The notes: generated by a model not told the origin, from the sequence alone. Counted from the stretch's first letter, positions 51,079 through 61,385 are shown. The stretch: DNA of 64,000 nt from an uncultured Bacilli bacterium (GCA_947630105.1 CANRGD010000001.1:5749-69748), one strand, 5' to 3'. Program-made: numbers and translations.

Positions 51079-52206
51079 TTAGTAAGTTCTTATTGGTAAA
51101 ACTAATTGAGTTAATGATTCATCCTCTTTTGATTTTATTAAAATAGGTTTAATTTCTCCTACAAAATGAATATCCACAGATTCTGTTGAAAAACTTTTTA
51201 AAGCTTCCATCATATATTTTGCACTAAAAGAAATCTTTATATCTTCATTATTATTTTTATTAATAAGCATTTTTTCTTCTACTCTACCTATTTCAGCAGA
51301 ACTACTTTTTAAAATAAGAGTATCACCTTTAGTTTCTAAAGTAACAATATTTTTTTCTTTATCGCTTGTTAATATACTAACTCTATCAATAACATCATAA
51401 AATGCATTTAAATTAGTATTAACAATCAAAAATGAATCATCAGGCATTAAATTAGCAGTATTTGGATATGTTCCATTAATAAGTCTTGATTCAAATTTTA
51501 AATTATTTACTTTAAACAAAATCTTATTGTTAAAAATATGTAATTCAATTATTTCATCATCATCATTTAATATTTTAGAAAATTCAATTATATTTCTACT
51601 AGGTATAACAATATTATAACTATCTTCACTAACTTGATCTAATTTAATAACTTTTCTTGCCAATCTATAAGAATCAGTCGAATTACACTCTAAAATATCA
51701 CCTGTAATATTAAAATTAATTCCAGTTAAAATTGGTTTACTTTCTTCATTTGAAGAAGCAAATGCTGTTTGATTAACAATATTTTTAAATACTCCTGCTT
51801 TTATATCTACTTTTTTCTTACTTTCTTCAAGTCCTATATTAGGATATTCACTTTCAGCTATTCCATTAAGATTAAATTCACTATTTTCTGTGTAAATAAG
51901 AATTTTCAATTCATCAACTACTTCAATATTTATAAACTTATCTGGTAATTTTCTAACAATATCTAAAATATATTTTCCTTGAATAATTATACTACCTTCA
52001 TTATATATAGTAAAATCTTCTTCCTTAGTTGATTCTATACTTGTTTGAATAGTTATATCATTATCACTAGCAGTTAAAACTAATTTTTTCTTTTTTAATT
52101 CAAATTTAATTCCCGCAAGAACAGGTATCAAGTTCTTAGTAGATATAGCTTTTGATACTTTATTTAAAGCTTCCAATAATAATTCTTTTTTAATAGTAAA
52201 TTTCAT
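51079..52206 (-). CDS. dnaN: DNA polymerase III beta sliding clamp
   Basis: 375 aa three-domain clamp, conserved position after dnaA. Confidence 0.9.
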   Translation of the reverse strand: MKFTIKKELLLEALNKVSKAISTKNLIPVLAGIKFELKKKKLVLTASDNDITIQTSIESTKEEDFTIYNEGSIIIQGKYILDIVRKLPDKFINIEVVDELKILIYTENSEFNLNGIAESEYPNIGLEESKKKVDIKAGVFKNIVNQTAFASSNEESKPILTGINFNITGDILECNSTDSYRLARKVIKLDQVSEDSYNIVIPSRNIIEFSKILNDDDEIIELHIFNNKILFKVNNLKFESRLINGTYPNTANLMPDDSFLIVNTNLNAFYDVIDRVSILTSDKEKNIVTLETKGDTLILKSSSAEIGRVEEKMLINKNNNEDIKISFSAKYMMEALKSFSTESVDIHFVGEIKPILIKSKEDESLTQLVLPIRTY

Positions 52207-52337
52207 TATAATTCCTTCTTTCTTTTTTTATATTTTTATTATTACTGTGGAAAAAGTTAATAACTTAATATTTTTATATATTTCAAAGATTTAACTAAAA
52301 ATTAATTTGTGGAAAATTATTATTAAATTAATTATTT
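52207..52337. other. dnaA-dnaN intergenic DnaA-box cluster (second oriC module)
   Basis: Two TGTGGAAAA (=TTTTCCACA) boxes at 52247..52255 and 52309..52317 in a highly AT-rich spacer. Confidence 0.5.
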
Positions 52338-53720
52338 TTACACAATCCCAATATCCTTCTTTAATTTTTCAATAATATTAGCTAAATCTTTATTTACTTT
52401 TATTTCATTTTCAATTTTCTCAACAGAATGCATTACTGTAGAATGATCTTTTCCTCCAAATTCAGTTCCTATTTTAGGAAAAGATTCACTGGTCATATTT
52501 CTACACAGATACATAGCTATTTGCCGAGGAAAAGAAATATTTGAACTTCGTTTTTTACTTCTAATATCTTCAACTGATATTTGAAAATATTCGGAGACTA
52601 TTTTTTGTATTCTTTGAATATCGTTTTTCTCTCCCATTCCTTTACTAATAAAGTCTTTTAAGGCCTCTATAGCCAGATCTAAATTAATATCAGCTCCTCC
52701 CATTATTGTGGAATAAGCAATTAACCTTGTTATTGAACCTTCTAATTGTCTAACATCTGGTCCTATATTAGAAGCAATATATTCAACAACATCTTCAGGA
52801 ATTTCTTTTTCAAAATTCCCAGCAATAATTTTTTTCTTAATAATTTCCGTTTTTAAAGCAAAATCAGGTGGAAATATATTAACAGTCAGTCCCCAACAAA
52901 ATCTTGTTCTTAATCTATCTTCTAGTAATTTCAAATCATCAGGAGATCTATCAGATGAAATAATAATTTGCTTACTATCATTATATAATGAATTAAAAGT
53001 GTGGAAAAATTCTTGTTGTGTTTGAGTAGCTCCACCTAAAAATTGAATATCATCTATTATCAAAACATCTATATTTCGATACTTATTTTTAAAAAAATCA
53101 ACATAATTAAAATTAGTACCTTTTTCATCTTTCTTATTTATTCCAATAAAATCTTGAATAAATTGATCACTTGTAACATATAAAACACGTTTATTAGTAT
53201 TTTCAAAAATATAATTTCCAATAGCATGCATTAAATGAGTTTTACCTAACCCACTATTTCCATATAAAAATAAAGGATTATACATATTACCAGGATTTTC
53301 CGCAACAGATAATGCTGCTGCATGAGCAAATTTATTACTATTCCCTACTATAAAATTTTCAAAAGTATATTTTTTCTTCAAATTTGAACTAGAATAATTA
53401 AAAGAAATAGGACTATTTTCATTATTAGTAATACTAACACTTTTTTCTTTCTCTTTTTCTTCTTCTAATTCAATTTCTTCCTTTAACAACAATACTAAAT
53501 CATAATTATTTCCTGTAATTTCATATAATTTTTCATTAATTAAATTTGAATAATTATCAATTAAATGTTTCTTATGTATAGGCATAGGAACTATTATATA
53601 AGCTTTATTATTTTCAAATTTATATAATTCCGTATCAGAAAACCAAGTATCAAATGAAAGGGAGCTAAGTTCAATTTTTATAGAATCTAGAAATTTTGAC
53701 CATAAAATTTTTACATTCAT
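52338..53720 (-). CDS. dnaA: Chromosomal replication initiator DnaA
   Basis: AAA+ P-loop GNSGLGKTHL and a C-terminal DnaA-box-binding domain. Start set to the internal ATG at 53720 (MNVKILWSKFL...), the canonical DnaA N-terminus; the caller's ORF begins upstream at 53813. Confidence 0.95.
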   Translation of the reverse strand: MNVKILWSKFLDSIKIELSSLSFDTWFSDTELYKFENNKAYIIVPMPIHKKHLIDNYSNLINEKLYEITGNNYDLVLLLKEEIELEEEKEKEKSVSITNNENSPISFNYSSSNLKKKYTFENFIVGNSNKFAHAAALSVAENPGNMYNPLFLYGNSGLGKTHLMHAIGNYIFENTNKRVLYVTSDQFIQDFIGINKKDEKGTNFNYVDFFKNKYRNIDVLIIDDIQFLGGATQTQQEFFHTFNSLYNDSKQIIISSDRSPDDLKLLEDRLRTRFCWGLTVNIFPPDFALKTEIIKKKIIAGNFEKEIPEDVVEYIASNIGPDVRQLEGSITRLIAYSTIMGGADINLDLAIEALKDFISKGMGEKNDIQRIQKIVSEYFQISVEDIRSKKRSSNISFPRQIAMYLCRNMTSESFPKIGTEFGGKDHSTVMHSVEKIENEIKVNKDLANIIEKLKKDIGIV

Positions 53721-54027
53721 TCCACCATCTCCCCACAAGATAAATAATTTAAATTTAGTGTACCTTAATTTGTGCAAAAAATAAATGTTTTTTTTACAAA
53801 AAAAATTATCCACATTTTATCAACAACTTTTTCCACTAATAAGAGTATTGAATTTAAATGCTAAAGCAAAGTTATCCACATTTTCCACAATTTATTAATA
53901 ACAATGTTCCAAAAAAAAATACACAAGCTTGTGTATAAAGTGAAAAACTCTAAAATTAAAGTTTTAATTGACAAAATATCAATAATATTATTATAATAAT
54001 GTAGATTTATGTCTGGAGGTGGAACAA
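53721..54027. other. oriC region upstream of dnaA with DnaA boxes
   Basis: Perfect TTATCCACA at 53806..53814 and 53872..53880, plus near-boxes TTTTCCACA (53881..53889) and TTTTCCACT (53829..53837); AT-rich flanks. Confidence 0.75.
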
Positions 54028-54150
54028 ATGAAGAGAACATATCAACCAAATAATCGTAAAAAAGCAAAAAAATTAGGCTTTTTTGCTCGCAAGAAAACAA
54101 ATATTTTAAATCGTCGCCGTCGCAAAGGTCGTAAAAGTCTTTGCGCCTAA
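54028..54150 (+). CDS. rpmH: 50S ribosomal protein L34
   Basis: Manual translation gives [40 protein letters not shown], preceded by a GGAGGTGG RBS. Too short for the supplied ORF track. Confidence 0.85.
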   Translation: MKRTYQPNNRKKAKKLGFFARKKTNILNRRRRKGRKSLCA

Positions 54151-54198
54151 AACCGCTGATAAAACAGTGGTTTTTTACTCTTAAAAAGAAGGGATATT

Positions 54199-54534
54199 AT
54201 GAGAAAATTATATAGAGTAAAGAAAGACTATGATTTCGAATATATAATTAATAATGGAAATACTATAAAAAGTAAAAATTTTATTATTTATTTTAAAACA
54301 AATAATTTTCCCTATGACAGATTTGGAATATCTGTAGGAAAAAAAATAGGTAATGCTGTTACAAGGAATAAATATAAAAGAAAAATAAGAGCCATTATTG
54401 ATAATATTAAAAAAAATTTTAATAATCAAACAGATTATATTATAATATTAAGAAAGAATGCATTAAATAAAAGTTTTTCTTTATTAAGTAATGATTTAAA
54501 AGATATGCTTCAAAAAACAAGAAAGGAAATTTAA
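54199..54534 (+). CDS. rnpA: Ribonuclease P protein component
   Basis: 111 aa basic protein, RNR-like motif; conserved position after rpmH. Confidence 0.9.
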   Translation: MRKLYRVKKDYDFEYIINNGNTIKSKNFIIYFKTNNFPYDRFGISVGKKIGNAVTRNKYKRKIRAIIDNIKKNFNNQTDYIIILRKNALNKSFSLLSNDLKDMLQKTRKEI

Positions 54535-54535
54535 T

Positions 54536-55471
54536 ATGAAGAAAAATAAAAATAAAATAAAAATCATTATAATACTTTGTTTATTATTAATTTCCACAGG
54601 TTGTACAAAAGTATTAACTGATAAAAATAATAAACCAGTAAAAAATGAATTAACAGGTCAAAATTTAACAGCTAATATATTATGTAAACCAACCAATAAA
54701 AAAACAAAAGAAATATATATAAAAAATGGAGTCGATTTAAAAAAGTTACCAGATTGCAATAATTTCAAAATTACTTCCGGCAAATATGAAGGGTTATGGA
54801 CTAGTATTTTTGTAAAACCATTATCTTATATTCTTTTACTAATTGGCAAAATATTTAAAAATTATGCTCTTTCATTAATCTTAATAACACTTATAATAAG
54901 ATTTATTGCTTTTCCAATAACAAAAAAGACAGCCATGCAATCGGAATTAATAAAAAAAGCTCAACCAGAATTAAATAGAATTCAAAAGAAATATCAAGGC
55001 AAAGAAGATCAAGAATCTATGATCAAACAAAATCAAGAAATGCTTATGGTTTATAAAAAATATAATATAAATCCTTTATCAGGTTGTTTATTTGCAATGT
55101 TACAATTACCACTATTTATTGCTTTTTTAGAAGCAATTCAAAGAACGCCATCTATTTTTGAAGATAAATTCTTAGGCCTACAATTAGGAACAACACCAGC
55201 AATAGGAATCACAACAAGTTCATATATAGCCTATATAATATTAATTTTAATAATTGCTTTAACTACATTTTATTCATTTAAATTTAATTCAACTGGAAAC
55301 ATGGAAGATCCTTCTATGAAAATGATGCCTATAATGATGTCAGTAATGATTGTAATAACAGGAATATTTATGCCATCAGGATTAGGTATATATTGGATAA
55401 CCTCAAATATATTTACAATAATACAAAATATATTAGTGAAAAGGAGTAAAGAAGTAAATGGAAAAGCATAA
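54536..55471 (+). CDS. yidC: Membrane protein insertase YidC/SpoIIIJ (lipoprotein)
   Basis: Lipobox LLISTGC; 60 kDa IMP domain. Confidence 0.85.
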   Translation: MKKNKNKIKIIIILCLLLISTGCTKVLTDKNNKPVKNELTGQNLTANILCKPTNKKTKEIYIKNGVDLKKLPDCNNFKITSGKYEGLWTSIFVKPLSYILLLIGKIFKNYALSLILITLIIRFIAFPITKKTAMQSELIKKAQPELNRIQKKYQGKEDQESMIKQNQEMLMVYKKYNINPLSGCLFAMLQLPLFIAFLEAIQRTPSIFEDKFLGLQLGTTPAIGITTSSYIAYIILILIIALTTFYSFKFNSTGNMEDPSMKMMPIMMSVMIVITGIFMPSGLGIYWITSNIFTIIQNILVKRSKEVNGKA

Positions 55472-56072
55472 TTATTATGGCAAAACTTTAGAAGAAGCCA
55501 CAAAAGAAGCAACTATCGATTTACAAGAAACAGAAAATAATCTATTAATTAAAGAAATAAAAGAAACAAAAGGGGGATTATTCAAGAGTAAAAAAGTAGA
55601 AATAGAAGTTATTGAAAAAAGAGATTTAATTAAATATATTAAAGATTATTTATTAAAATTATTAAAAAATATTGGTATAGTAGCAAATATAGAAATAAAA
55701 AATAAAGAAGAAATTCCAATTTATACAATTTTTTCAGATAATGATGCCTTATTAATTGGAAAAAATGGTAAAAACCTAAAAGCGTTATCTGTAATAGTAA
55801 ATCAACATATAAATAAAGAATTAGGAGAAAAATTTAAATTTGTAATAGATATAAATGATTATAAAGAAAAGCGAGAAAAATCTCTTGAAGCATTAGCTAA
55901 AAAATTAGCTAGAGAAGTAGCAACTACAAAAATAGAAGTAAAATTAGATCCTATGAATTCATATGAAAGAAGAATAATTCATAATGCTTTAACAAACAAT
56001 AAAAAAGTATATACTGAAAGTGAAGGGGAAGAACCTAATAGATATGTTGTTATAAAACCAAAAGAAGATTAA
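55458..56072 (+). CDS. jag: Jag/KhpB RNA-binding protein (KH and R3H domains)
   Basis: R3H motif YERRIIHNAL. Confidence 0.8.
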   Translation: MEKHNYYGKTLEEATKEATIDLQETENNLLIKEIKETKGGLFKSKKVEIEVIEKRDLIKYIKDYLLKLLKNIGIVANIEIKNKEEIPIYTIFSDNDALLIGKNGKNLKALSVIVNQHINKELGEKFKFVIDINDYKEKREKSLEALAKKLAREVATTKIEVKLDPMNSYERRIIHNALTNNKKVYTESEGEEPNRYVVIKPKED

Positions 56073-56132
56073 ATCAAACTTCTTTTTTTCTTTCTAATAT
56101 GCTATAATACAAAAGAAAAAAGGAGGAATTAT

Positions 56133-57485
56133 ATGACTGATACAATAGTCGCAATTTCAACAGCATTAGGCGTAGGAGCTATTTCCATTGTAAGATTAAG
56201 TGGTAAAGAAGCTATAAATATAGTAAATAAAATTTTTAAAGGAAAAGATTTAACAAAAGTAAATACTCATACAATTAATTATGGTTACATTATTGATGAA
56301 AATGAAGAAATAGTAGATGAAGTATTAGTATCAGTTATGAAATCTCCTAAAACATTTACAACAGAAGATATTGTTGAAATTAATTGTCATGGAGGAATAA
56401 TCGCAACTAATAAAGTCTTAGAAATTTGTTTAAATAATGGAGCTCGTCTTGCGGAAGCAGGAGAGTTTACTAAACGAGCTTTTTTAAATGGAAGAATTGA
56501 TTTAACTGAAAGTGAAGCAGTAATGGATATTATAGAAAGTAAAAGTGAAGAATCTAGAAAACTTGCTATATCTCAGCTTAAAGGTAATTTATATAACTTA
56601 ATAGAATCTTTTCGAACTAAATTACTAAATTTAATTTCTTCCATAGCCGTTAATATTGATTATCCCGAATATTACGATATTGAAGTTATAACACTTGAAA
56701 AACTTACCAAAGAATTAAAAAAACTCCAACTAGAGTTGAAAAATTTAATAAAAGAATCGGAAAACACAAAATTATTAAAAACTGGTATAAAAACAGTAAT
56801 TGTAGGTAAACCAAATGTAGGCAAAAGTAGTATTTTAAATACTTTACTTCATGAAGATAAAGCTATAGTAACAGATATTGCTGGTACCACTAGAGATATT
56901 GTTGAAGGAGAAATATTACTAGATGGAATTTTATTAAATATTATCGATACCGCAGGTATTAGATCAACTCAAGATATAGTTGAAAAATTAGGTGTAGATA
57001 AAAGTTTAACATTAATAAATGATGCTGATTTAGTAATAGTCGTTTTAAATGGCCATGAAAAATTATCTTCAGAAGATAAAGAAATTCTTGAAAAAACAAA
57101 AGATAAGTTAAGAGTAATAGTAGTTAATAAATCTGATTTAGACCAAAATATTGAATTAGAAGAATTACCAACTACTATATTATGTAATACAACAACTAAA
57201 GAAGGATTATCACCTCTAAAAGAAAAAATAAAAGAATTATTTAACTTAGAAAAAATAGCCACAAAAGACTATACATATTTATCAAATACAAGACAAATAT
57301 CTTTAGCCAAACAAGCTTACAAAAGTCTTTTATCTGCAGTAGAAGCGACTGCTAATAAAGAACATATAGATTTAATAGAGATAGATTTAAGAGAGTGTTT
57401 TGATATTTTAGGAGAAATAATAGGTATTACATATAGTGATGAAGTAATAGATAATTTATTTAAAAATTTTTGTGTAGGAAAATAG
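56133..57485 (+). CDS. mnmE: tRNA modification GTPase MnmE
   Basis: G-domain GKPNVGKSS, DTAG, NKSD; C-terminal CVGK. Confidence 0.9.
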   Translation: MTDTIVAISTALGVGAISIVRLSGKEAINIVNKIFKGKDLTKVNTHTINYGYIIDENEEIVDEVLVSVMKSPKTFTTEDIVEINCHGGIIATNKVLEICLNNGARLAEAGEFTKRAFLNGRIDLTESEAVMDIIESKSEESRKLAISQLKGNLYNLIESFRTKLLNLISSIAVNIDYPEYYDIEVITLEKLTKELKKLQLELKNLIKESENTKLLKTGIKTVIVGKPNVGKSSILNTLLHEDKAIVTDIAGTTRDIVEGEILLDGILLNIIDTAGIRSTQDIVEKLGVDKSLTLINDADLVIVVLNGHEKLSSEDKEILEKTKDKLRVIVVNKSDLDQNIELEELPTTILCNTTTKEGLSPLKEKIKELFNLEKIATKDYTYLSNTRQISLAKQAYKSLLSAVEATANKEHIDLIEIDLRECFDILGEIIGITYSDEVIDNLFKNFCVGK

Positions 57486-57496
57486 GAAGTGACAAA

Positions 57497-59359
57497 ATGG
57501 AATATGAAATAATAGTAGTTGGAGGAGGTCATGCTGGATGTGAAGCCTCATTAGCTGCCGCTCGTAAAAATCATAAAACTCTTTTAATAACAAGCAATCT
57601 TCAAAATATAGCCGACATGCCTTGTAATCCTTCAATAGGTGGACCCGCCAAAGGAATTGTTGTAAGAGAAATAGATGCTTTAGGTGGAGAAATGGGCAAA
57701 AATGCTGATAAAAGTTTACTTCAAGCAAAAATGTTAAATACCAAAAAAGGTCCAGCTGTCCAAGCTTTAAGATTTCAAATAGATAAAATTACATATCCAA
57801 AAGAAATGTTAAAAACATTAACTAAAGAAAAAAATCTTACTTTAAAAGAAGCAATGGTAGAAAAACTTTTAATAAAAAATAATAAAATAGAAGGAGTAGA
57901 ATTAGCAACAGGAGAAAAAATTTATGCTCAAGCAGTAATTTTAACTACAGGAACTTATCTACGCTCTGTAGTCTTAGCAGGTTCAACAAAAAAGGCAAGT
58001 GGTCCTCATGGCGAAAAAGAATCAAAATATTTAAGTACTCATTTAAAAGAGTTAGGTTTTAAAATACTACGTCTTAAAACAGGAACTCCTCCGCGTATTG
58101 CCAAAGAAACTATTGATTATTCAGAAACTTTATTAGAAGCTGGAGCTACTGAGCCCTTATCATTTTCTTTTGATAATAAAATATATTATGATGTAAATAA
58201 ACAAATACCATGTCATCTTATTTATACAACTCCTCAAACTCATCAAATAATTAAAGATCATTTAAAAGAATCCAGCATGTATGGTGGATATGTTGAAGGA
58301 GTAGGGCCTAGATATTGTCCATCTATCGAAGATAAAGTAGTACGCTTTTCCGATAAAGAGCGTCATCAGTTATTTTTAGAACCAGAAAGTATTTTTTATG
58401 ATGATATATATATTCAAGGCTTTTCTACCAGTATGCCTCATAATATTCAAGAAGAAATGGTTCATAGTCTTCCAGGTCTTCATAAAGCCAAAATATTAAA
58501 ATATGCTTATGCCATAGAATATGATGCTATTGATTCTAAACAATTAAAAAATACTCTTGAAACAAAAATAATAGAAAATCTATATACTGCGGGGCAAATT
58601 AATGGTACAAGTGGCTATGAAGAAGCAGCAGGACAAGGATTAATAGCTGGAATCAACGCTGCTTTAAAATTAGAAAAAAAAGAACCCTTAATCTTAAAAA
58701 GAAATGAAGCTTATATAGGTGTCTTAATAGATGATTTAGTTACTAAGGGAGTAAAAGATCCCTATAGATTATTAACATCACGAGCAGAATATAGATTATT
58801 ATTACGCCATGACAATGCTGATTTAAGACTAAGAGAATATGGCTATAAGATAGGTTTAATATCAAAAGAAAAATATCAAGAATTTACAAAGAAAAAACAA
58901 GAAATTAATAATTTATTTAATTTATTAAAAACAACAAAAATAACTCCGAAAAAAGAGATAAATTCTTATTTAGAAAAAATAAATACAACCACTATCAAAG
59001 ATGGCATATCATTATATGATTTATTAAAAAGACCAGAAGTATCTATTAATCATTTAGAAAACTTTATTTCACTTCCTTATTCAAAAGAAGTAAAACAACA
59101 AGTTACAATAAATGCTAAATATGAAGGTTATATCAAAAAAGCCAGTAAAGAAGCTGAAAAAATGCTTACTTTAGAAGAAAAAATAATTCCAGCTACCTTA
59201 AATTATCAGTTAGTTCCTAATTTAGCTAGTGAAGCTAGACAAAAATTATCTGAAATAAAACCAACTACACTTGGCCAAGCATCAAGAATAAGTGGAGTTA
59301 ATCCCGCTGATATATCTATACTTATGGTTTACTTAAGAAGGTTGAATAAAGATGAATAA
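57497..59359 (+). CDS. mnmG: tRNA uridine 5-carboxymethylaminomethyl modification enzyme MnmG
   Basis: FAD-binding VVGGGHAGCEA. Start set to the internal MEYEIIVVGGG ATG; the caller's ORF begins at 57470. Confidence 0.95.
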   Translation: MEYEIIVVGGGHAGCEASLAAARKNHKTLLITSNLQNIADMPCNPSIGGPAKGIVVREIDALGGEMGKNADKSLLQAKMLNTKKGPAVQALRFQIDKITYPKEMLKTLTKEKNLTLKEAMVEKLLIKNNKIEGVELATGEKIYAQAVILTTGTYLRSVVLAGSTKKASGPHGEKESKYLSTHLKELGFKILRLKTGTPPRIAKETIDYSETLLEAGATEPLSFSFDNKIYYDVNKQIPCHLIYTTPQTHQIIKDHLKESSMYGGYVEGVGPRYCPSIEDKVVRFSDKERHQLFLEPESIFYDDIYIQGFSTSMPHNIQEEMVHSLPGLHKAKILKYAYAIEYDAIDSKQLKNTLETKIIENLYTAGQINGTSGYEEAAGQGLIAGINAALKLEKKEPLILKRNEAYIGVLIDDLVTKGVKDPYRLLTSRAEYRLLLRHDNADLRLREYGYKIGLISKEKYQEFTKKKQEINNLFNLLKTTKITPKKEINSYLEKINTTTIKDGISLYDLLKRPEVSINHLENFISLPYSKEVKQQVTINAKYEGYIKKASKEAEKMLTLEEKIIPATLNYQLVPNLASEARQKLSEIKPTTLGQASRISGVNPADISILMVYLRRLNKDE

Positions 59360-59987
59360 AGAAGAATTTATATTAGAATTACAAAAAATAAATATAAAAT
59401 TAACCAATCACCAATTACAACAATTAGAAAAATTTTATAATTTATTAATTATGTGGAACAAAAAAATAAATTTAACAGCCATTACTTCTAAAGAAGAAGT
59501 CTATTTAAAACATTTTTATGATAGTTTAACTATAATAAAAGCAATAGATTTACAATCAGTAAAAACCTTATGTGATGTAGGAACAGGAGCCGGCTTTCCC
59601 GGAATTGTCTTAAAAATAGCTTTTCCTCACTTAAAAGTTACTTTATTAGATTCTCTTCAAAAAAGAGTAACTTATTTAAATGAAGTAATAAAAGAATTAG
59701 ATTTAAAAGATATTGAAGCCTATCATGTCCGAGGAGAAGATTATAATAATAAATTTGATATAGTCACAGCTAGAGCCGTTGCTAATATTGAAAAATTACT
59801 AGGTTATACTATGCATTTAGTAAATGATACAGGTCATTTTATTGCTATGAAAGGAAATATTGATACTGAATTAACCCCTATAATTAAAAATAAAATAACA
59901 CAAAAATATCAAATAGAATCTATTATAAAATTTACACTTCCAAAAGAATTAAGTAATAGAAGTTTAATAATAATTAAAAATAAATAA
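59352..59987 (+). CDS. rsmG: 16S rRNA (guanine527-N7)-methyltransferase
   Basis: 211 aa; DVGTGAGFPG SAM motif. Confidence 0.9.
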   Translation: MNKEEFILELQKINIKLTNHQLQQLEKFYNLLIMWNKKINLTAITSKEEVYLKHFYDSLTIIKAIDLQSVKTLCDVGTGAGFPGIVLKIAFPHLKVTLLDSLQKRVTYLNEVIKELDLKDIEAYHVRGEDYNNKFDIVTARAVANIEKLLGYTMHLVNDTGHFIAMKGNIDTELTPIIKNKITQKYQIESIIKFTLPKELSNRSLIIIKNK

Positions 59988-60071
59988 AATCTTATCTACT
60001 AAAAATCATTGAAATAAAATAATAAATAGTATATAATGAAAATAGGGAAAAAGAATAAGCGAGGGATGAAA

Positions 60072-61385
60072 ATGTTTAATGATGAAAAAGATGAAGTAGT
60101 ACAATTATTTTTAGATGATATCATTCCAAATAGATTTCAACCACGCGAAGTCTTTGATGAGAAAGCTTTAAAAGAATTAGCGGTTTCTATTAAAGAACAT
60201 GGAGTAATTCAACCCATTATTGTACGAAGTGTAAATGGAAAATATGAAATAATAGCCGGTGAAAGAAGATATAAAGCCTCAGCTTTAGCAGGTTTAACTA
60301 AAATCCCAGCAATAATAAGAAATTTAGATGATAAAGAAAGTTCTAAAGTAGCTTTACTTGAAAATTTACAAAGAAAGAATTTAAATCCTATAGAAGAAGC
60401 TAGAACTTATCAAAAAATTTTAGAAATTGATGAAATGACTCAAGAAGAGTTAGCTAAAACAATGGGAAAAAGTCAATCTGCAGTAGCTAATAAAATAAGA
60501 TTACTTTCTTTACCTGATGAAATACAAGATTCATTATTAAAAGAACAAATTTCAGAAAGACATGCTCGTGCATTATTAAATATCCCTAATGCCAAAAAAC
60601 AAAAAGAAATGTTAAATAAGATTATAACTACAAAAATGAGTGTCAGAAATTTAGAAGAAGAAATAAAAAAAGAATATCCTAAAGATACTGATTCATCAAC
60701 ATCAGATGAAGGAAATGACTCATCTCCAGCTTCACAGGAGAACTTATCTCCTAATAATTTTGTTAATAATAGTCCACTTGCTCCAACAGCTGAATTACCA
60801 GAAGATACATCAAATTATGGTAAAGTCACAATAGTTCCTCCTGTTGGAGAAACTGCCACTGATCAACCTAAATTTATTAATTATAATGAAAGTGAAGCAA
60901 ATAATGATGATGACGATGATGAAGGAGGAGATATTAACATTCCAACTTCAATAAATCCTATAAATATAAATGAAATAAAAGAAACATCAAAAAATATAGA
61001 GACTCCTTCTTCAGCAGATTTAGATGGATTATTAAATTTGAATGAAAATTTAAATTCTGAAAATAATGAAAAATTTATTACTCCAGCAGAAAAGATAGTT
61101 AAAACAGATAATGTTAATACTACTGAAACAACAGAAGATTATTTTAAAACTCCAGATTTGTCTGCTTTAGAAGTTCCATCTATAAAGAAAACAACTAATC
61201 CAGATTTAATTTCAATAAATACTACTCAAGATATAAATCCTAAATATAGTTTAGAAGAAGCAACACAAAAAATTAAAAATTTATATGATGACTTAAAAAA
61301 TAATGGTATAAAAGTCACCCTTGATGAGATGGATTTTCCAAATTCTTATCAAGCTATTATAAAAATAGAAAAAGATGGAGAATAA
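60072..61385 (+). CDS. noc: Nucleoid occlusion protein Noc (ParB paralogue) with a long acidic disordered insertion
   Basis: ParB box GERRYKA. HTH region GKSQSAVANKIRLL...ISERHARAL matches B. subtilis Noc (GKGQSTIANKLRLL...ITERHARAL) rather than Spo0J (GKSRP...GHGRTL). Located between rsmG and soj. Start chosen at the ATG 6 nt after a GAGGG RBS; the caller's ORF begins at 60036. Confidence 0.7.
   Translation: MFNDEKDEVVQLFLDDIIPNRFQPREVFDEKALKELAVSIKEHGVIQPIIVRSVNGKYEIIAGERRYKASALAGLTKIPAIIRNLDDKESSKVALLENLQRKNLNPIEEARTYQKILEIDEMTQEELAKTMGKSQSAVANKIRLLSLPDEIQDSLLKEQISERHARALLNIPNAKKQKEMLNKIITTKMSVRNLEEEIKKEYPKDTDSSTSDEGNDSSPASQENLSPNNFVNNSPLAPTAELPEDTSNYGKVTIVPPVGETATDQPKFINYNESEANNDDDDDEGGDINIPTSINPININEIKETSKNIETPSSADLDGLLNLNENLNSENNEKFITPAEKIVKTDNVNTTETTEDYFKTPDLSALEVPSIKKTTNPDLISINTTQDINPKYSLEEATQKIKNLYDDLKNNGIKVTLDEMDFPNSYQAIIKIEKDGE

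Noticed and set aside
53861-54100. 79-aa minus-strand ORF spanning oriC and rpmH
   Set aside because: It overlaps the DnaA-box region and the well-supported rpmH on the opposite strand, and has no homology.
54208-54429. 73-aa minus-strand ORF
   Set aside because: It is antisense inside rnpA.
57317-57728. Two minus-strand ORFs (71 and 90 aa)
   Set aside because: They are antisense to the mnmE/mnmG junction and low complexity.
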